NCBI GenBank assembly: GCA_949300365.1 | Contig: CASGEC010000003.1 | Coordinates: forward strand, 53,585-117,584 | From: an uncultured Bacillota bacterium | Lineage (GTDB): Bacteria > Bacillota_I > Bacilli_A > RFN20 > CAG-288 | Length of the DNA: 64,000 nt | Direction of reading: 5' to 3' | In this document: in pieces, positions 45,324 through 55,831 of the stretch | Layout: every line of letters starts with the position of its first letter | Position numbering within the stretch: the first letter of the stretch is position 1 | Made by a program: the position numbers and the translations under genes | Notes under the pieces: model-generated | Database searches by the model: none | Seen by the model: the letters and a program-made list of their open reading frames with translations, nothing else | What the model was told of the DNA's origin: nothing

Positions 45324-48020
45324 CTACGACCGCGGCGTGCGAGGCTTTCTCGTGCCTCGATTTGGGCTTTTTCCACCCTTATCCGTATGCGGCCTTCTTC
45401 TATCGAGCCTTCCCTTTCCGGCATGGGAATCGGAATGACCCTTAAAGCCATCCTTCTTCCGTCCGTCAAACTGCGGTCTCTCCTTGGAGAAACGTCTCTC
45501 CTTGTGTCCGTCCTTTTCGAAGGAACGCTCCTTCTTTCCAAAGCCACTTTCCTTCTTCTTGTAGGACTTGTAGCCATCGTAAGAGGGCGCCTTTCTTTCT
45601 TTCCGGCGGTCGTCCTTCCTTCTTTCGAAACGCCTGTCGTCCTTCTTCTCCGTCTTCTTGCGGAAGGTGAATCCGGCACGGCTCGGATCGACGTAGTGCT
45701 CGTCCTCTTCTGGCTTCTCCTTCTTGACGAAAGGCTTGCCCTTCCTTTCAAAAGGCTTCTTTTCCTCTCTTGCCATATAGGATCCGCCGTGGTCATCCTT
45801 CCTGGTGAGGCGCGGCTTGTTGGTCCTGAATTCGATTCCCTTACCGGTCATCGGCGTGACGTCGTCCTCCGTGATGACCCGGATTCCGTCCAGGGAGAGC
45901 CTTTCCCTGTCCTCGTCGGAGAGGTTGAGGGCGTACTTCTGATAGAACTCCGGCGTGGCAAAGTCGATTTCCCGTTCCTCGGGATTGCTGGCAAGGACCG
46001 TGACATCCAGGCGTGTTCCGATGGTGAAGCTGATGTCGGTCCTCTTTCCAAGAACGGCAAAGTCCTTCTCGTTGAAGTGGAAGGTATCCCCGTGCATGCA
46101 GTGGTAGGCCAAGAAGCCTTCGATTCCGATATCGGTCTGGACGAACATGCCCCGGCGCAGCATGGTGACGACCTTGGCCGGGAAGATCTCTCCGATATGG
46201 GCCTTCATGTACTTGCTGGCTTCCAAGTCGTCGACATCCCTTTCGATCTGGTCTGCACGGGCCTCCAGGGCAGAAAGCCTCTCTCCCATGTCTTCCAGAT
46301 AGGAGTAGACGTCCGTCTTCTCGCAGGGCTTGCCATCGATAAGATAGTCCTTCACCAGGCGATGGATGATATCGTCGGGATAGCGGCGGATCGGGGAGGT
46401 GAAATGGCAATAGTCGATCTCGGCCAAGCCGAAATGACCCAGTTCCTCCGGGGAGTAGCGGGCCTTTGCCATCGAGCGGAGCATCATGTAGGAAACGGAG
46501 GAGCGGAGATCGTCGTTCTTGATTCCGGCAAGGAAGTCGGAAAGACGGGCGGAGGTGATGTCATTGGTCCTCGGGAAGGAAGACAGGAGATTCATCTTCT
46601 TGAGGTAGTCCCGGAAAACGGAAAGCTTGGCCAAAGGCGGGAATTCATGGACGCGGTAGAGGACAGGAATCTTGTTCTTCCGAAGAAGACGAGCGACCTC
46701 GCAATTGGCAATGATCATCAAATCCTCGATCATCTTCTCGCTTTCGCCAGAGACCTGCTTTGTCACCTCGATGGGGTTTCCCTTCTCGTCCAGGTGGAAC
46801 TTCAGCTCCGTGGATTCCAGTTCCATGGCACCTTGGAGACGACGCCGGCGACGAACCTTCGAAGCACACTCCCTTAAAACAGTGAGCATCTCCTGGGTCT
46901 CTTTGGGATAGTCGCTTTCGCCGGTCTTGAAGAAGTCATTGACCTTGTTATAGGTCAGCCTTCCCTTGGAGCGGATGACGCCCCTTTCGACCTTGGAGGA
47001 AAAGACATGGCCCAAAGCATCGATCTGCATCGTGACGGAAAGGGTAAGGCGATCGACATCCGGATTGAGGGAGCAGATGCCGTTGGAAAGCTCGAAGGGA
47101 AGCATCGGAACGACCCTATCGGCAACATAGATGGAGGTTCCCCTTACTCGGGCCTCATCATCCAGAGGGTGATTGGGTTTGACATAATGGGTGACATCGG
47201 CGATATGGACGATGACCTCATAACCGTTGAGGACCTTCCTTCCCTCGACCGCATCGTCGAAGTCATGGGCATCGTCGCCATCGATCGTGACGACAAGGTG
47301 GTCGCGGAAATCCGTCCTGCCTTCGATTTCCTCGGGAAGGACGCTCGTCGGAAGAGATTTTGCTTCCGCAAGGGTCTTCTCCTCGAAGTCAATCGGCGCA
47401 TCGTTCATGGCGATGATGGCGGAGATATCGCTTCCGACATCGTCGGCCCGGACAAGGACCTTCGTTAAGTCGCAATAGATAAAGTCCCGATTGACGTTGA
47501 CGATCTTGCCAAGGCACAAATCGCCAGGGCGAAGGTCTTGGATGCCGTCTTCCTTCTTGTTGACGAGGACCGTCTTCCCGCAGTCGTTGAGATAGGGAAC
47601 GGTAAGCTGCTCGTGGCCATCCCTGGTCATGCCATAGTAGCCCTTGAGGGTATCGACAGCCTTAAGATAGTCCAGACAGTGGAAGATTCCTTCCTGGAAT
47701 TCCTTGATATAGACCAAATCCCCGACGAGAAGGCCATCGGCCTCACGTCCGGAAATCTTGCATTCGTAGTTGTCCGGAATCGTCCGCATCAGGACGAAGT
47801 TCCTGGCCTTGCTTGTCACCTTGGCCAAAAGGATGTGCTGATCCTCAAGAAGATAGTAGGACTTGTCGTGCTTGCCCACGATGCCTTCCCGAATCATTCT
47901 TTCCAGAGTCTCGACAAGGCTCTTTTCCTGCTCCGGCGTCTCAAGGGAAAGCTTGTCCATGAGGACACGGATGTCGGCAAAGCGGGATTTCAGCAATTTG
48001 ACAATTTTTTTTTCGGTCAT
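45324..48020 (-). CDS. rnr: Ribonuclease R
   Basis: TIDGDDAHDFDDA, HFGLA..YCHFTSPIRRYPD, S1 domain, basic tail; secG-rnr-smpB synteny. Confidence 0.95.
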   Translation of the reverse strand: MTEKKIVKLLKSRFADIRVLMDKLSLETPEQEKSLVETLERMIREGIVGKHDKSYYLLEDQHILLAKVTSKARNFVLMRTIPDNYECKISGREADGLLVGDLVYIKEFQEGIFHCLDYLKAVDTLKGYYGMTRDGHEQLTVPYLNDCGKTVLVNKKEDGIQDLRPGDLCLGKIVNVNRDFIYCDLTKVLVRADDVGSDISAIIAMNDAPIDFEEKTLAEAKSLPTSVLPEEIEGRTDFRDHLVVTIDGDDAHDFDDAVEGRKVLNGYEVIVHIADVTHYVKPNHPLDDEARVRGTSIYVADRVVPMLPFELSNGICSLNPDVDRLTLSVTMQIDALGHVFSSKVERGVIRSKGRLTYNKVNDFFKTGESDYPKETQEMLTVLRECASKVRRRRRLQGAMELESTELKFHLDEKGNPIEVTKQVSGESEKMIEDLMIIANCEVARLLRKNKIPVLYRVHEFPPLAKLSVFRDYLKKMNLLSSFPRTNDITSARLSDFLAGIKNDDLRSSVSYMMLRSMAKARYSPEELGHFGLAEIDYCHFTSPIRRYPDDIIHRLVKDYLIDGKPCEKTDVYSYLEDMGERLSALEARADQIERDVDDLEASKYMKAHIGEIFPAKVVTMLRRGMFVQTDIGIEGFLAYHCMHGDTFHFNEKDFAVLGKRTDISFTIGTRLDVTVLASNPEEREIDFATPEFYQKYALNLSDEDRERLSLDGIRVITEDDVTPMTGKGIEFRTNKPRLTRKDDHGGSYMAREEKKPFERKGKPFVKKEKPEEDEHYVDPSRAGFTFRKKTEKKDDRRFERRKDDRRKERKAPSYDGYKSYKKKESGFGKKERSFEKDGHKERRFSKERPQFDGRKKDGFKGHSDSHAGKGRLDRRRPHTDKGGKSPNRGTRKPRTPRS

Positions 48021-48053
48021 TCAGTTTCTCCAAATATCCATCGTCGATAAAAC

Positions 48054-48071
48054 AAAAGGGCCTTTCGGCCC
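48054..48071 (-). terminator. Terminator-like hairpin after secG
   Basis: Minus strand GGGCC-GAAA-GGCCC-TTTT. Confidence 0.6.
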
Positions 48072-48077
48072 AGGACA

Positions 48078-48308
48078 TCACAGGTAGTTGGCCAAGAGCG
48101 CCGTTACGAAGAAGGCAACGGTCAAGACGGCGGTGATGATGGTCATGATCTTGTCCGGGCCTCTCTCTTTGGTCCTGGTGAAAATGTTCATCTTGTTTCC
48201 ACCCATAACGGCAGCGGACGCGCCTTCGCTTTTTCCGGACTGCAGAAGGGTGACGACAATCATTAGGAAGGAAAGAACCAACAGGACAATCTGTGCGGGA
48301 GTGGTCAT
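48078..48308 (-). CDS. secG: Preprotein translocase subunit SecG
   Basis: LLQSGKSEG, KERG, two TMs; synteny. Confidence 0.93.
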   Translation of the reverse strand: MTTPAQIVLLVLSFLMIVVTLLQSGKSEGASAAVMGGNKMNIFTRTKERGPDKIMTIITAVLTVAFFVTALLANYL

Positions 48309-48390
48309 TTCTCGATACCTCTATTTGACGAGCAACAATAAAACAAGCCCAATTAGTATAAATATATAATCAAGGAATAGCAAGAACGAA

Positions 48391-49317
48391 TCAAGACAGG
48401 GATTTCAGGTCCATAGCCTTGAAAATCCGGTAGGGAAGAAGGAGTTCCTGACGGAAGGCTTCGACAAAGGATTCATCCACCTTTCGTGTTAACCCCAAGT
48501 GGAAAGCCGTCTCGTAGTGCTGGAAAAAGACAAGGACATCCTTCTTCCGGAAATAGACATTGACGATGCCGCCCATCTCCTTGTTGAGCTGGACGATGCC
48601 GGCGATGCGGACGGAAGAAAGAAAACGCCGTCCTTCCCTCTCCTTCTCGACAAGGACATCATACTTCTCGTCAAAGGCAATCGACTCGGTCGGGATCTTC
48701 ACCTTCAGAGGCACTTTCTTGAAAAGGGCCAGGGCCGTTCTGCCACGGACAAGCACGTCGCCAAACGCACTCGTACCGACAGAATACCGAAGGATTCTCC
48801 CGGAGAGATTGGTCTTTCTTTTTGCGGAAAAGCCATAGGAAGGCTTCTCGAGATTGGAGGCAAGAAGGGTAAAGAAAGGAACATCCTCGATCTTTCCTTG
48901 GAAGGCGGATTCGTTTTCGGAATCGAAGGAATAGCGTATTTGCCTATTTAGTTCCGAAAGGAATTCTTCCTTTTCCTTCCTTGTAAGACGCTTGACTTCC
49001 TGATAGCGGATCTTCTCAAAAAGAAAGGGGGCAAGATAGTCATAGAGCAGGTTTTCATAGCGGGGCTTCAGGCGGAGGACAAGGAGAATAAGACAAGGCA
49101 TCAGGCCCAGAAAAAGAAGGGCACCAAAGCCAAGGCCGAGGCCGAGAGCGAGACCTTCAAAGGCAATCATGCTTGCCAAAACAAGACCGAAGCCGGCCGA
49201 ACCGACAATCGAGGCAAGGATGATCCCAAGGACAAGAAGGGCAAGGGACTTCTTTCTCTTCCGTTCCAAAAAGCGCATGGCTTCCTGGCGGCTTGAAAAC
49301 TTCCTTTCCTTTTCCAT
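48391..49317 (-). CDS. DUF3137-like membrane-anchored protein
   Basis: Two N-terminal TMs; TESIAFDEKYDV motif. Confidence 0.55.
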   Translation of the reverse strand: MEKERKFSSRQEAMRFLERKRKKSLALLVLGIILASIVGSAGFGLVLASMIAFEGLALGLGLGFGALLFLGLMPCLILLVLRLKPRYENLLYDYLAPFLFEKIRYQEVKRLTRKEKEEFLSELNRQIRYSFDSENESAFQGKIEDVPFFTLLASNLEKPSYGFSAKRKTNLSGRILRYSVGTSAFGDVLVRGRTALALFKKVPLKVKIPTESIAFDEKYDVLVEKEREGRRFLSSVRIAGIVQLNKEMGGIVNVYFRKKDVLVFFQHYETAFHLGLTRKVDESFVEAFRQELLLPYRIFKAMDLKSLS

Positions 49318-49322
49318 CGTTC

Positions 49323-50651
49323 CTATTCCCCGGCGATGGAAAGAGAAGAGACAACTGCGGATGGTGTGACGATGCCACTGACGCTTTCGGGATCGATATC
49401 CTCGCCGACGGCGACAATGTTTTCCATCATGTCCTTGAGGTTTCCCGACACCACGATCATGCTGACGGCCTCGCAGACTTTCCCATCGCGGATACGATAG
49501 CCTTCGCAGGGAAGGGAGAAGTGGAGGCTCATGCCATCGATGCCGGAATTGAGTCCGCTGATATCCGTGATATAAAGGCCGTTTCCGACTTTTTGGAGGA
49601 GCTGATCCCTATTGCAATCTCCCTTAGCCATTTTCAGAACCTGGGGCGAGGCATTCCCGTTTCCGCTTCCGCAGCCGTTGGGCTCGACCTTGTCGATATT
49701 GGCACTTTCCAAGGAGTAAAGAAGATTGGTCAAGACACCATCCTTGATGATATCGAACTTCTTTGTCGGGACGCCATCGCTATCGAAATTGGAAGCGCCT
49801 AAGGAGAGGCATGTCGGATCGTTAAAGAGAGTGACCTTGTCGCTTGCCACCTTCCTTCCGAGCTTTCCGGCAAAGAGAGACATCTTCTTCTGGACGGCCT
49901 TGGCGGAGAACTGGCCGATATAGAAGGCCAAAAGGCTTGCGACACACCTTCTGTCCAGAAGGATCGGATAGTCTCCGCTCGTGACGCTCTTGGCGCCGAA
50001 GAAATCCACGGCGGAGCGGATGGCCTTCTTGGATGCCTTCTGGCTTCTCCCATAAAGCTCGTCGAGGTTCCTGAAGGAGTAGAAGGCACGCCATCCGGAG
50101 CGGGTGTCCCCGCTTTCATCCTTGCAGACGACATAGACGCTTCCGGAGAAGATCTTGATGTCCTGGGAAGCCTGAATGCCAAAGGAGTTCGCAAAGAGGG
50201 ACGTCCCTTTGACTTGGCTTACGGAGACCTCGACCTGGTGGATTCTTTTATCCATGGCTTTCGTCTCCGAAGAGATGCGCAAGGCCAGTTTCCTAAGCTC
50301 CTGTAAATCCGCAGGGACGAATTCCTTCAAGGCAGTCGTCACCTCTGGGTAGTTCATCTTTTTGGAGAGATAGTCGCTTTTCTTTCCGTGCTTTCCATAC
50401 TGGGCTGAGGAAAGGATGGCCTGAGCCATTTCCATGGGCGTATTCCTATCGATGCGGTCGGTCGCATAATGGCCGATCCTTCCGTGATTGAGGCCCTTGC
50501 CGGAAATGTTTTGGCTGATGCCGATCTGCTGGCTCTGGATGTTTCCATCCAGGACATCGACACTGGTCTCGTCCGTCATGGAATACTGTATCTGGTAGGG
50601 ATCAAGTCCCTTTTCCTTTCCGCATTGGAAGAATTTCGAAAAATCGATCAT
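49323..50651 (-). CDS. tldE: TldE/PmbA-family protein
   Basis: FDSDGVPT, IIKDGVL, FSL..EG, VSGN; lacks HExxxH; paired with TldD. Confidence 0.88.
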   Translation of the reverse strand: MIDFSKFFQCGKEKGLDPYQIQYSMTDETSVDVLDGNIQSQQIGISQNISGKGLNHGRIGHYATDRIDRNTPMEMAQAILSSAQYGKHGKKSDYLSKKMNYPEVTTALKEFVPADLQELRKLALRISSETKAMDKRIHQVEVSVSQVKGTSLFANSFGIQASQDIKIFSGSVYVVCKDESGDTRSGWRAFYSFRNLDELYGRSQKASKKAIRSAVDFFGAKSVTSGDYPILLDRRCVASLLAFYIGQFSAKAVQKKMSLFAGKLGRKVASDKVTLFNDPTCLSLGASNFDSDGVPTKKFDIIKDGVLTNLLYSLESANIDKVEPNGCGSGNGNASPQVLKMAKGDCNRDQLLQKVGNGLYITDISGLNSGIDGMSLHFSLPCEGYRIRDGKVCEAVSMIVVSGNLKDMMENIVAVGEDIDPESVSGIVTPSAVVSSLSIAGE

Positions 50652-52051
50652 TGTTCTTCTCCCCCTTCCCCGCCGACGAGGATCTTCGAAATCAGAAGGG
50701 TCGGTTGGCCGACCTCAACGCAACAGCTTCCGGAAGAAGCGCCGCATTCCCCGGCCGCCCTCCGGAGATCGTTTCCGACCATGGTGATGCGCTTGAGGAT
50801 CTCATAGCCATAGCCCGTCAAGGATACCGGCCGGACCAGATGGGCGATCTTTCCGTCCTTGATGCGGTAGGCTGTCGTCGAGGTGAAGATGAACTTGTCG
50901 GTGGAGGAATCGACCTGGCCGCCGCTGAGGTCTTCGCAATACAGCCCATCCTTGACGGAGGCGATGATGTCCTTGGGATCGTCCTTGCCATTGTCGATGA
51001 AGGTGTTGGTCATGCGGGTAGTCGGAAGATAGCGATAGTTCTCCCTTCGACAGCATCCCGTCGGCTTTCGTGTCTTGTCGACCTTGCGGGCGGTAAGCCG
51101 GTCCAGCATGAAATTGACGAGAACCCCGTCCTTGATGAGCTGGTTTCTTGTCGGGAGGACGCCTTCATCGTCGATATTTTCCGTTCCCCAGCCATTGGCG
51201 ATGGTGCCGTCATCGACGGCATTGACGCACGGGGAAGCGATGCTCTGTCCGATCTTGTCATGGAACGGGCTTGTCTTGTCGGCGATAGCGGAGCCCTCCA
51301 AGGGATGGCCGCAGGCCTCATGGAAGAGAACGCCCCCAAATCCTTTTCCAAGGACGACCGGCATCTCCCCAGAGGGAGAGGAAGGAGCGCTTAGAAGGGC
51401 GATGGCAAACTTGGCGCATTGCCTTGCCAAGGAAACGATATCCGTCCTTTCAAGAAGCTCCAGGCCACAGGAAAGTCCCGGCATCTGATAGCCGTTTTGA
51501 AACTGCGTGCCATCGGTAGCGGTGACGTTGATGGTCAGATGCGTGCGGACGCGGTTATCCTCAAAACACACGCCATCAGAATTGTAGATCTCGATATGCT
51601 CGTCTTCCTCATAGAGAGAGCCGAGGAAGTCCTGGACCTTGTCGCTGAAGAGGAAGGCCTCTTTCTCGCCCTTGCGGAGATAGTCAAGCTTCTTCTTCGT
51701 CGACCATTCCGAATGGGGGATCAAGACCGGGTTCCGGTTTGGGATCCTCTTCTTGGCAAGCTTCTCGACAGAAAGGATCCTTGTGCCGTCAAATCCCCGC
51801 GCCAGGTTCTCCGCCAAACGCAGGACATCTTCATAGCCGACAGAGGCCGTATAGCCATAGACCGTCTGGTCATCCTTAAGGATCCTCAGGCCGATACCCG
51901 ACGTCCGCCCGGAAGAGACGGAATCGACTTTCCGATACCGGCGCCGATAGCCGGCTGTCCTTTCGTCCTGAAAATAGATCTCGGCATAGTCGCCGCCGGA
52001 TTGAAGCAAGGCATTGAGAATCGATAAAGCTTCCTTTGACGTAAAAAGCAT
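50648..52051 (-). CDS. tldD: TldD metalloprotease
   Basis: GGDYAEIY, HEACGH zinc motif, DDEG, RMTNT, GGQVD, VGQPT. Confidence 0.93.
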   Translation of the reverse strand: MLFTSKEALSILNALLQSGGDYAEIYFQDERTAGYRRRYRKVDSVSSGRTSGIGLRILKDDQTVYGYTASVGYEDVLRLAENLARGFDGTRILSVEKLAKKRIPNRNPVLIPHSEWSTKKKLDYLRKGEKEAFLFSDKVQDFLGSLYEEDEHIEIYNSDGVCFEDNRVRTHLTINVTATDGTQFQNGYQMPGLSCGLELLERTDIVSLARQCAKFAIALLSAPSSPSGEMPVVLGKGFGGVLFHEACGHPLEGSAIADKTSPFHDKIGQSIASPCVNAVDDGTIANGWGTENIDDEGVLPTRNQLIKDGVLVNFMLDRLTARKVDKTRKPTGCCRRENYRYLPTTRMTNTFIDNGKDDPKDIIASVKDGLYCEDLSGGQVDSSTDKFIFTSTTAYRIKDGKIAHLVRPVSLTGYGYEILKRITMVGNDLRRAAGECGASSGSCCVEVGQPTLLISKILVGGEGGEEQ

Positions 52052-52090
52052 GAACCTCTTCCTTTCCTGTGCAGGAGCCTCAAGGAAGGC

Positions 52091-53107
52091 TTACTGCGCC
52101 TTTGTTCTTTTCTTCTTCAGCTTGGGAGCCTTCATGAAGTTGCGATAGGTGAAGGCGATGTTGAAGACGGCGAAGATTCCGGTGAAGGCCGCAAGAACCC
52201 AAGCCTGGATGTTGACAGGGACTTCCATGCCGAAGAAATCGATCATGAAGGAGAAGGGATCGCTATCCAAGACGAGTCCGAACTGGGTAAGAAGCGTATT
52301 GGTGATTTCCTGGATGTCCGCCCCGGGAATGTTGAGCGAATCCAGCATGGAAAGGACATGGTAGAGCGGTCCGCTCATGAAGTAGTTGCGGAAAAGGGAG
52401 GCCGAATAGGTGCCCGGGAAGAAGACGGTGATCTTCTGGATGATGCCCGTCGCCGGGAAATAGGCCCCGATGACAAAGCCCACCGCTGCCGAGGCAATTG
52501 CGACGATTGATGAAAGAGTGCTTTCCGTCTTGACGAAGTTGCAGACGAAGAAAGTCAGGAAAGCCGCATTCATCGTCGAAAGAAGAATGATGCCGACAAG
52601 GGCGAGGAAGTCGACAAAGTCGATCATGAATGCCCCATAGGCGGCCAAGTAGATCATGCACAGGCAGAGGACGAGGAAATTGACCAGGAAGCAGACGATC
52701 GTGTTGAAGGAGAAATAGGAAACCATGACGATGCGGCTGGATATCGGGGAGGAGATGAAGTCCCTGTTGGCCCCGCGTTCCTTGTCGCGGACAAGAATGT
52801 AGTTGGTATTGAGCGAAACCGTGATGCAGCTGACGGCAAGGACACCGGCCATCATCCAGCAGTCGGCAAGGGCGTAGATCTTCGCCTGCTGGGTTTCCGT
52901 CAACTGGTCGAAGATATCAAGGCTTGCCTGGATGCCATCGATCATCATTCCGCGGAGAAAGATGATATAGACGATGAAGATGACGACAGGCACCATCATC
53001 GTAAAGAGGACGGTCGTCCAATTCTTCGAGAAGACAAGGATATGTCTTTTCGTCAATGTTAGAAAGACACGGAATTGTTCCTGGAATCGTTTGAAGGTTT
53101 CAGCCAT
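52091..53107 (-). CDS. ABC-2 type exporter permease
   Basis: About 6 TMs, DFISSP, GAYFP, FFPGTY; ATG after GGAGG. Confidence 0.85.
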   Translation of the reverse strand: MAETFKRFQEQFRVFLTLTKRHILVFSKNWTTVLFTMMVPVVIFIVYIIFLRGMMIDGIQASLDIFDQLTETQQAKIYALADCWMMAGVLAVSCITVSLNTNYILVRDKERGANRDFISSPISSRIVMVSYFSFNTIVCFLVNFLVLCLCMIYLAAYGAFMIDFVDFLALVGIILLSTMNAAFLTFFVCNFVKTESTLSSIVAIASAAVGFVIGAYFPATGIIQKITVFFPGTYSASLFRNYFMSGPLYHVLSMLDSLNIPGADIQEITNTLLTQFGLVLDSDPFSFMIDFFGMEVPVNIQAWVLAAFTGIFAVFNIAFTYRNFMKAPKLKKKRTKAQ

Positions 53108-54089
53108 TGGATTCACCCTCCGTGGAATTCTTGTCGATACCGGTGATGTTCAAGAAGACATCGTCCATGTCCCCTTTCTTGACCTCGAAGTCATGGATGA
53201 TATCCTGGTTTCGATCCAAAAAGGAGATGGCCTGCTTTGAGGAAAGGACGCGTATCCGGTAATACTTGCCATCGGCATTGTATTGGAAGGGAAGGTTCTC
53301 TTTTTCAATCCGCTTCTCGACTTCCCCGTCCTTGTGGCCATAGAGAAGGACATAGTCGCCAGAATAGGCGTTCTTGAGTTCGGTCGGGGTTCCGCGGGCG
53401 ATGATGTTTCCCTTGTTCATGATCACGACATAGGTCGCCTTTTCCGCTTCCTCCATGTAGTGGGTCGTCAAAAATACGGTCATGCCGGTCTTTTCGCGGA
53501 GACGATTGACGAGGTTCCACACGGCGATGCGGGTCTGGGGATCCAAGCCCGTCGTCGGCTCGTCGAGAATAAGAAGGCGTGGATCATGGACCATGGCGCG
53601 GGCGATGTCGACTCTTCTCTTCTGGCCTCCGGAAAGCTTTCCCAAGGGCCTGTCCATGAAGGAAGAGAGATCCAGCATCTCGGAAAGCTTTTCAAGGCGT
53701 TTCTTCCAAACGGCTCCGCGGATACCGTAGAACCCGGCGCGGATCGTCAGATTCTCCCGTGGCGTCAGTTCCTTGTCCAGGATGGAATTCTGGAAGACGA
53801 TACCGATCTTGCTCTTGATGGCCTGCGGCTTCTTGTCGATGTCATAGCCATCGACATAGATCTTTCCGGAATCCTTGTCCAGGATGGAGCAGATGATGTT
53901 GATGGTGGTGGATTTTCCGGCGCCGTTCAGGCCGAGGAAGGCAAAGAGGGATCCCTTGCGCACCGAAAAGGAAATATCGTTGACGGCGCAAAGTCCCCCG
54001 TAGGTCTTGACGAGATGGTCGACGATAAGGATGTCGTCCGTCTCCAGGTCCTTCTTCATCCCCTGGGACAGGAAGTCGGAAATTTTCAT
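53100..54089 (-). CDS. ABC-2 exporter ATPase
   Basis: GLNGAGKS, LSGGQ, LDEPTTGLD, TTHYMEEA. Confidence 0.93.
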   Translation of the reverse strand: MKISDFLSQGMKKDLETDDILIVDHLVKTYGGLCAVNDISFSVRKGSLFAFLGLNGAGKSTTINIICSILDKDSGKIYVDGYDIDKKPQAIKSKIGIVFQNSILDKELTPRENLTIRAGFYGIRGAVWKKRLEKLSEMLDLSSFMDRPLGKLSGGQKRRVDIARAMVHDPRLLILDEPTTGLDPQTRIAVWNLVNRLREKTGMTVFLTTHYMEEAEKATYVVIMNKGNIIARGTPTELKNAYSGDYVLLYGHKDGEVEKRIEKENLPFQYNADGKYYRIRVLSSKQAISFLDRNQDIIHDFEVKKGDMDDVFLNITGIDKNSTEGESNG

Positions 54090-55585
54090 CTTCTCTTGAG
54101 CGTCGGGAAGAGGAGAACCTCACGGATGGAATCGGATTCGGTCAGGAACATGACCATTCGGTCGATGCCAAAGCCGATACCGCCGGCAGGGGGCATGCCA
54201 TATTCCAGAGCCTCGCAGAAATCGTTGTCGACCTCACAGGCTTCGTCGTTTCCCTTTTTCTTTTCCTCGACCTGTTCCTCGAAGCGCGCTCTCTGGTCGA
54301 TGGGGTCGTTGAGTTCCGTAAAGGCGTTGCACATTTCCTTGCAGGAGATATACAGCTCAAAGCGCTGGGTGAAGCGGGGATCTTCCGGATCCTTCTTGGC
54401 GAGCGGGGAAATGTCGACCGGATGCTGATAGACAAAGGTCGGCTGGACCAGAGTCCCCTCGACGAACTTCTCGAAGAAGGCGTTGATGACATGGCCATAG
54501 GCAAAGTGCTTCTCGACGGGAACGTCGTGCTCCTTTGCAAGGGCAAGGGCTTCTTCCGTGGTCTGGACCTTCTTGAAGTCGATGCCGGTCTTCTCCTGGA
54601 CAAGCTCGCACATGGTCGCATGGCGGAAAGGCTTGGAGACGTCGATGTCGTTGCCCAGCCAATGGAAGGTCTCCTTGCCGAGGACTTCCTTTCCAAGGTA
54701 ATGGAAAAGGTCTTCGGTCATCTTGGCCATGTCGGAAAGGTCGCCATAGGCCATATAGGCCTCCATGGTCGTGAATTCCGGGTTGTGGGTCGTATCGATG
54801 CCTTCGTTGCGGAACATACGGCCGATTTCATAGACCCTCTCCATGCCGCCGACAAGAAGCCGCTTCAAGGCAAGCTCAGTGGCGATACGGAGATAGAAAT
54901 CCTGGTCCAAGGCGTTGTGGTGGGTGATGAAGGGACGGGCGTTGGCACCGCCGAGGATCGGGGAGAGAATGGAGGTCTCTACCTCGACATAGCCTTTCTG
55001 GTCCATGAACTTCTGGATGCCGCGGATGATGCGCGGACGAAGGAAGGCGATCCTCCTGGAATCCTCGTTGACGATAAGGTCGACATAGCGCCGACGATAG
55101 CGCTCTTCCTGGTCGGTCAAGCCGTGGAACTTGTCCGGAAGAGGGCGGAGAGCCTTGACCAAATGCGTGTACTTGCTCACGCGGATGGTGACTTCGCCCG
55201 TCTTCGTCTTCATCATGACGCCTTTGATGCCGCAGATGTCACCGAGATCCGCCAACTTGAAGAGGGCATAGTTGTCCTCTCCGACGATATCCTGACGGAT
55301 ATAGCACTGGATCCTTCCTTCCCTGTCCTGGAGAGTGAAGAAAGAGGCCTTTCCCATCTTCCTGAGGAGGACGATACGTCCGGCGATGGAAACCTTGGCT
55401 TCCTCACAGACTTCCTCGCTGGCGAGGGATCCATACTTCTCCTTAAGCGACGTGCTTGTCGCATTGACGTCGAACTTGTGTCCAAAGGGATCGATTCCCT
55501 TCTCGGCATAGAGGGAGAGCTTCTCCCTTCTTCTCTGTTCCTGGTCGTTGAGATCGTCGACCGGTCTTGCGCTCTTGTTTTCCAT
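54086..55585 (-). CDS. lysS: Lysine--tRNA ligase, class II
   Basis: GKASF, RYRRRYVDL, GGANARPF, FRNEG..HNPEFT, ALEYGMPP..G.GIDR. Confidence 0.98.
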   Translation of the reverse strand: MENKSARPVDDLNDQEQRRREKLSLYAEKGIDPFGHKFDVNATSTSLKEKYGSLASEEVCEEAKVSIAGRIVLLRKMGKASFFTLQDREGRIQCYIRQDIVGEDNYALFKLADLGDICGIKGVMMKTKTGEVTIRVSKYTHLVKALRPLPDKFHGLTDQEERYRRRYVDLIVNEDSRRIAFLRPRIIRGIQKFMDQKGYVEVETSILSPILGGANARPFITHHNALDQDFYLRIATELALKRLLVGGMERVYEIGRMFRNEGIDTTHNPEFTTMEAYMAYGDLSDMAKMTEDLFHYLGKEVLGKETFHWLGNDIDVSKPFRHATMCELVQEKTGIDFKKVQTTEEALALAKEHDVPVEKHFAYGHVINAFFEKFVEGTLVQPTFVYQHPVDISPLAKKDPEDPRFTQRFELYISCKEMCNAFTELNDPIDQRARFEEQVEEKKKGNDEACEVDNDFCEALEYGMPPAGGIGFGIDRMVMFLTESDSIREVLLFPTLKRR

Positions 55586-55831
55586 GTGGCTGCCTTTCAA
55601 AAATATAAAGCTTAGATATTATATAAGAATATTTCTATAAGAGCCAACAGAGGAAGAAAGCACCAGGAGAGAAGGCCATTTTCTTCTTTCCTTCCTCGAC
55701 AAGATCGAATTCCGTCAGGAAAGTTCCCATAGGAAAAGCATTCGACGCTTCGTTTGTGGACTTAAGGATGCACCCAAAACAATCCAATATCACAAGCTAT
55801 CTATGAAAAGAGTACAACCTATTTTTCTTGC

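Noticed and set aside
45324-45780. K/R-rich low-complexity tail of RNase R
   Set aside because: A basic C-terminal tail is a normal RNase R feature.
55600-55831. T-box or lysine riboswitch upstream of lysS
   Set aside because: No T-box consensus or L-box motif seen; a TATAAT lies close to the gene start.
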